Shown here in pieces: positions 45,251 to 46,910 of a stretch of 46,910 nucleotides of DNA. Location of the stretch: positions 19,532 through 66,441 of the forward strand of contig JAFDVL010000015.1 in assembly GCA_018268995.1 (NCBI GenBank). The letters are read 5' to 3'. Source of the DNA: Acidobacteriota bacterium (GTDB lineage Bacteria; Acidobacteriota; Blastocatellia; RBC074). The translations under genes and the position numbers were made by a program. The notes beneath the pieces were generated by a model that saw nothing but the letters and a program-made list of their open reading frames with translations, searched no databases and was not told the DNA's origin. How positions within the stretch are numbered: the first letter of the stretch is position 1; each line of letters starts with the position of its first letter.

Positions 45251-45698
45251 GGCACAAGTAGGACAAGCAGCTCCCGCAATTGATTTACCCGACGGCAATG
45301 GCGAACGTTGGCAGTTAAGCCAAATGCGCGGCAAAGTTGTTGTTTTACTTTTTTATCCCGGCGATGAAACTCCCGTTTGCACCAAACAGCTTTGCAGTGT
45401 GCGCGATCATTGGGAACAATATCAGGAAGCGGGTGCTGAGGTGGTTGGAATTAACGCTGACTCAGTAAACAAACATCGCCGTTTTGCCGCCAACCACAAA
45501 TTGCCCTTACGGCTGCTTTCAGATGCCAATGGTGACGTCATACGGGCTTATGAAATGAATTCATTTCTGGGGACGAAACGCGGTGTAGTGGTAATTGATA
45601 AAGTGGGTGTGATTCGTTATCGTAGAACGGTCGTCCCTATTTTTCGCCCCACGGATGACGAAATTCTGAATGCTATTCGACAAGCCCAATTGCAATGA
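45249..45698 (+). CDS. bcp: Thiol peroxidase, Bcp-type peroxiredoxin
   Basis: 149 aa. FYPGDETPVCTKQLCS contains the peroxidatic Cys in the PxxxTxxC context. Confidence 0.85.
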   Translation: MAQVGQAAPAIDLPDGNGERWQLSQMRGKVVVLLFYPGDETPVCTKQLCSVRDHWEQYQEAGAEVVGINADSVNKHRRFAANHKLPLRLLSDANGDVIRAYEMNSFLGTKRGVVVIDKVGVIRYRRTVVPIFRPTDDEILNAIRQAQLQ

Positions 45699-46910
45699 TG
45701 AGTGAAACTTCCTCCACGGCCATGTCTGCCGAACAGAATCCTTCCCGTCGGCTTCAGGATTTAATCAACGAGCTGAGCGTGGAATTTATCTCGATCCTTG
45801 ATCTGGACGAGTTGATTGAACGAATCGCGCTCCGGTTGCGAGAAGTAATTGAGTATCGTTTTTTCAATTTGCTATTGGCAGACGAAGAAAACAACTGTCT
45901 GGTTTGGAAAAAATCCATCGGCTACAAACACGAAGAGGTCATTCGCAACCGTCGCATTCCGTTGGATCGGAGCATTGCCTCGGCAGCCTGGCGCGGCGGG
46001 CAAACGATTATCGTTCCTGATGTCCAGCAAGACCCACGCTATCTCAGACTCGACATCGAAGGCAATGACGAACCTCGTGGCATGATTGCGGTGCCCTTGA
46101 AATTGATCCGCGAACAAAAGGTCGTCGGCGTGCTGGCCATTGAAAGTGTCGAGCCAAATTACTTCACACCGGAACATGAACGCATCCTGAACGTGCTGGG
46201 CAATCAGTTAGCCATTGCGCTGGAAAATGCACGTCTTTATGACGAGTTGCGCGCCCGCACGGATGAGATGGAAACGCTGATTGAAATCGGTCACGACATC
46301 AATTCCATTCTGGATTTGGATCAACTGCTCCGGCAAATCACGCCGCTCCTGCATCGCGTGATTGCGTTCGACACGCTATCCGTTGGATTGATTGACGAGG
46401 AAACCGAAGAATTTGTCTGGCACATTGAAGAAGGCTTTAGTGCGCCCAGCGTTTCGCAAGCCAATCGCACCGAAATCACGCAGGGCATTGTCGGACGCGC
46501 CGTGCGACACCGTCACCCGGTGATTGTTGGTGATGTGTCACACGATAAGGATTACCACGTGACCAAAGGCTGGGAAGAATGCGCGCACCATTCCGAAATG
46601 GCTGTGCCGCTAATTCACAAAGACAAAGTCATCGGCGTGATCGCGCTGGAAAGTCGCCGCACAAACGCCTTCGATCACAACCACGCGCACCTCTTACAAA
46701 GTGTAGCGAATAACCTGAGCATTGCCATTGCCAATGCGCGTCTGTACGCCGAGCAAGTCGAGCGCGAACAATTGCTGGAGCACGAAATCCTGCTCGCCCG
46801 TGATATTCAACGTGCGATGATTCCCGATACGCCGCCGAGCCTCAAACGCTTTGAGGTTGCGGCTCGCCTTGAACCGGCGCTGAACTTGAGCGGTGATTTT
46901 TACGATTACA
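45698..46910 (+). CDS. GAF-GAF-PP2C/SpoIIE-family serine phosphatase (3' partial, runs off window)
   Basis: An open frame runs from the ATG at 45698 (overlapping the bcp TGA as TGATG) to the window end. It has two GAF-like segments. The phosphatase domain begins at LLEHEILLARDIQRAMIPD, the typical start of RsbU/SpoIIE PP2C domains. It is not in the ORF track because no stop codon falls inside the window. Confidence 0.7.
   Translation, partial: MSETSSTAMSAEQNPSRRLQDLINELSVEFISILDLDELIERIALRLREVIEYRFFNLLLADEENNCLVWKKSIGYKHEEVIRNRRIPLDRSIASAAWRGGQTIIVPDVQQDPRYLRLDIEGNDEPRGMIAVPLKLIREQKVVGVLAIESVEPNYFTPEHERILNVLGNQLAIALENARLYDELRARTDEMETLIEIGHDINSILDLDQLLRQITPLLHRVIAFDTLSVGLIDEETEEFVWHIEEGFSAPSVSQANRTEITQGIVGRAVRHRHPVIVGDVSHDKDYHVTKGWEECAHHSEMAVPLIHKDKVIGVIALESRRTNAFDHNHAHLLQSVANNLSIAIANARLYAEQVEREQLLEHEILLARDIQRAMIPDTPPSLKRFEVAARLEPALNLSGDFYDY

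Overview
This is a densely coding bacterial chromosomal segment of roughly 40 genes, with GC near 58-60% by eye. I saw no rRNA, tRNA, CRISPR array, transposase or integrase. The track's leading 'M' is sometimes a TTG or GTG codon, so I re-derived starts from the sequence where it mattered.

Layout:
(1) 42-3226 (-): a three-gene polysaccharide module. It comprises a GT4 glycosyltransferase, a GT1/GT28-like glycosyltransferase and a CE4 polysaccharide deacetylase, with ATGA and 3-nt junctions.
(2) 3323-6709 (-): one 1128-aa gene fusing an N-terminal PD-(D/E)xK nuclease motif (PDIRL...CEAK) to gamma-class N6-adenine methyltransferase motifs (DPSCGSFTFG, GNPPF). I call it a solitary MmeI-like Type IIG/IIL restriction-modification enzyme. 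Its central part is visibly AT-richer than the flanks, which suggests horizontal acquisition or target-recognition-domain exchange.
(3) 6800-9827 (-): three translationally coupled genes: a family III CoA-transferase, a geranylgeranyl-reductase-family flavoprotein, and a nucleotidyltransferase-fold protein preceded by a 26-codon ORF that ends in an in-frame TAG.
(4) 10054-16855 (+): thiolase, RidA, a membrane-anchored diheme CCP/MauG-like cytochrome, an OmpA-C-like protein and a TonB-dependent-receptor-like barrel.
(5) 16924-24606 (+): an aromatic-acid catabolic cluster. It holds a tannase/feruloyl esterase with the GCSTGG motif, a MetE C-terminal-like protein, a feruloyl-CoA-synthetase-like AMP ligase, an MFS transporter, a DUF3237 protein and pobA. 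There is no regulator gene in the cluster, but two near-identical perfect palindromes sit in front of pobA.
(6) 24731-37068: an 11-gene Sec-type (clade II) nitrous-oxide reductase operon on the minus strand. Its order is cy-c, nosZ, nosB-like, nosD, nosF, nosL, an unassigned 447-aa CXXCH protein coupled between nosL and nosY, nosY, an HXXEE-like membrane protein, an FGE/NirV-like protein and a YwiC-like protein. It is bounded by ytfE/RIC and a divergent Crp/Fnr-family regulator, with a TGAC-N4-GTCA palindrome exactly midway between their start codons.
(7) 37427-46910: prolyl oligopeptidase, then a low-GC lipoprotein gene followed by a perfect 56-bp tandem duplication and a 24-bp perfect hairpin. 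Next come a flotillin-like SPFH protein with three N-terminal internal repeats, HtrA, Bcp and a partial GAF-GAF-PP2C phosphatase.

Several intergenic palindromic repeat arrays of similar architecture (CACAGAG x3 / CTCTGTG x3; CACGAA x3 / TTCGTG x3) are not explained by any gene.

The most interesting candidates are the solitary fused restriction-modification enzyme and the nos operon with undescribed accessory genes, chiefly the coupled CXXCH protein.
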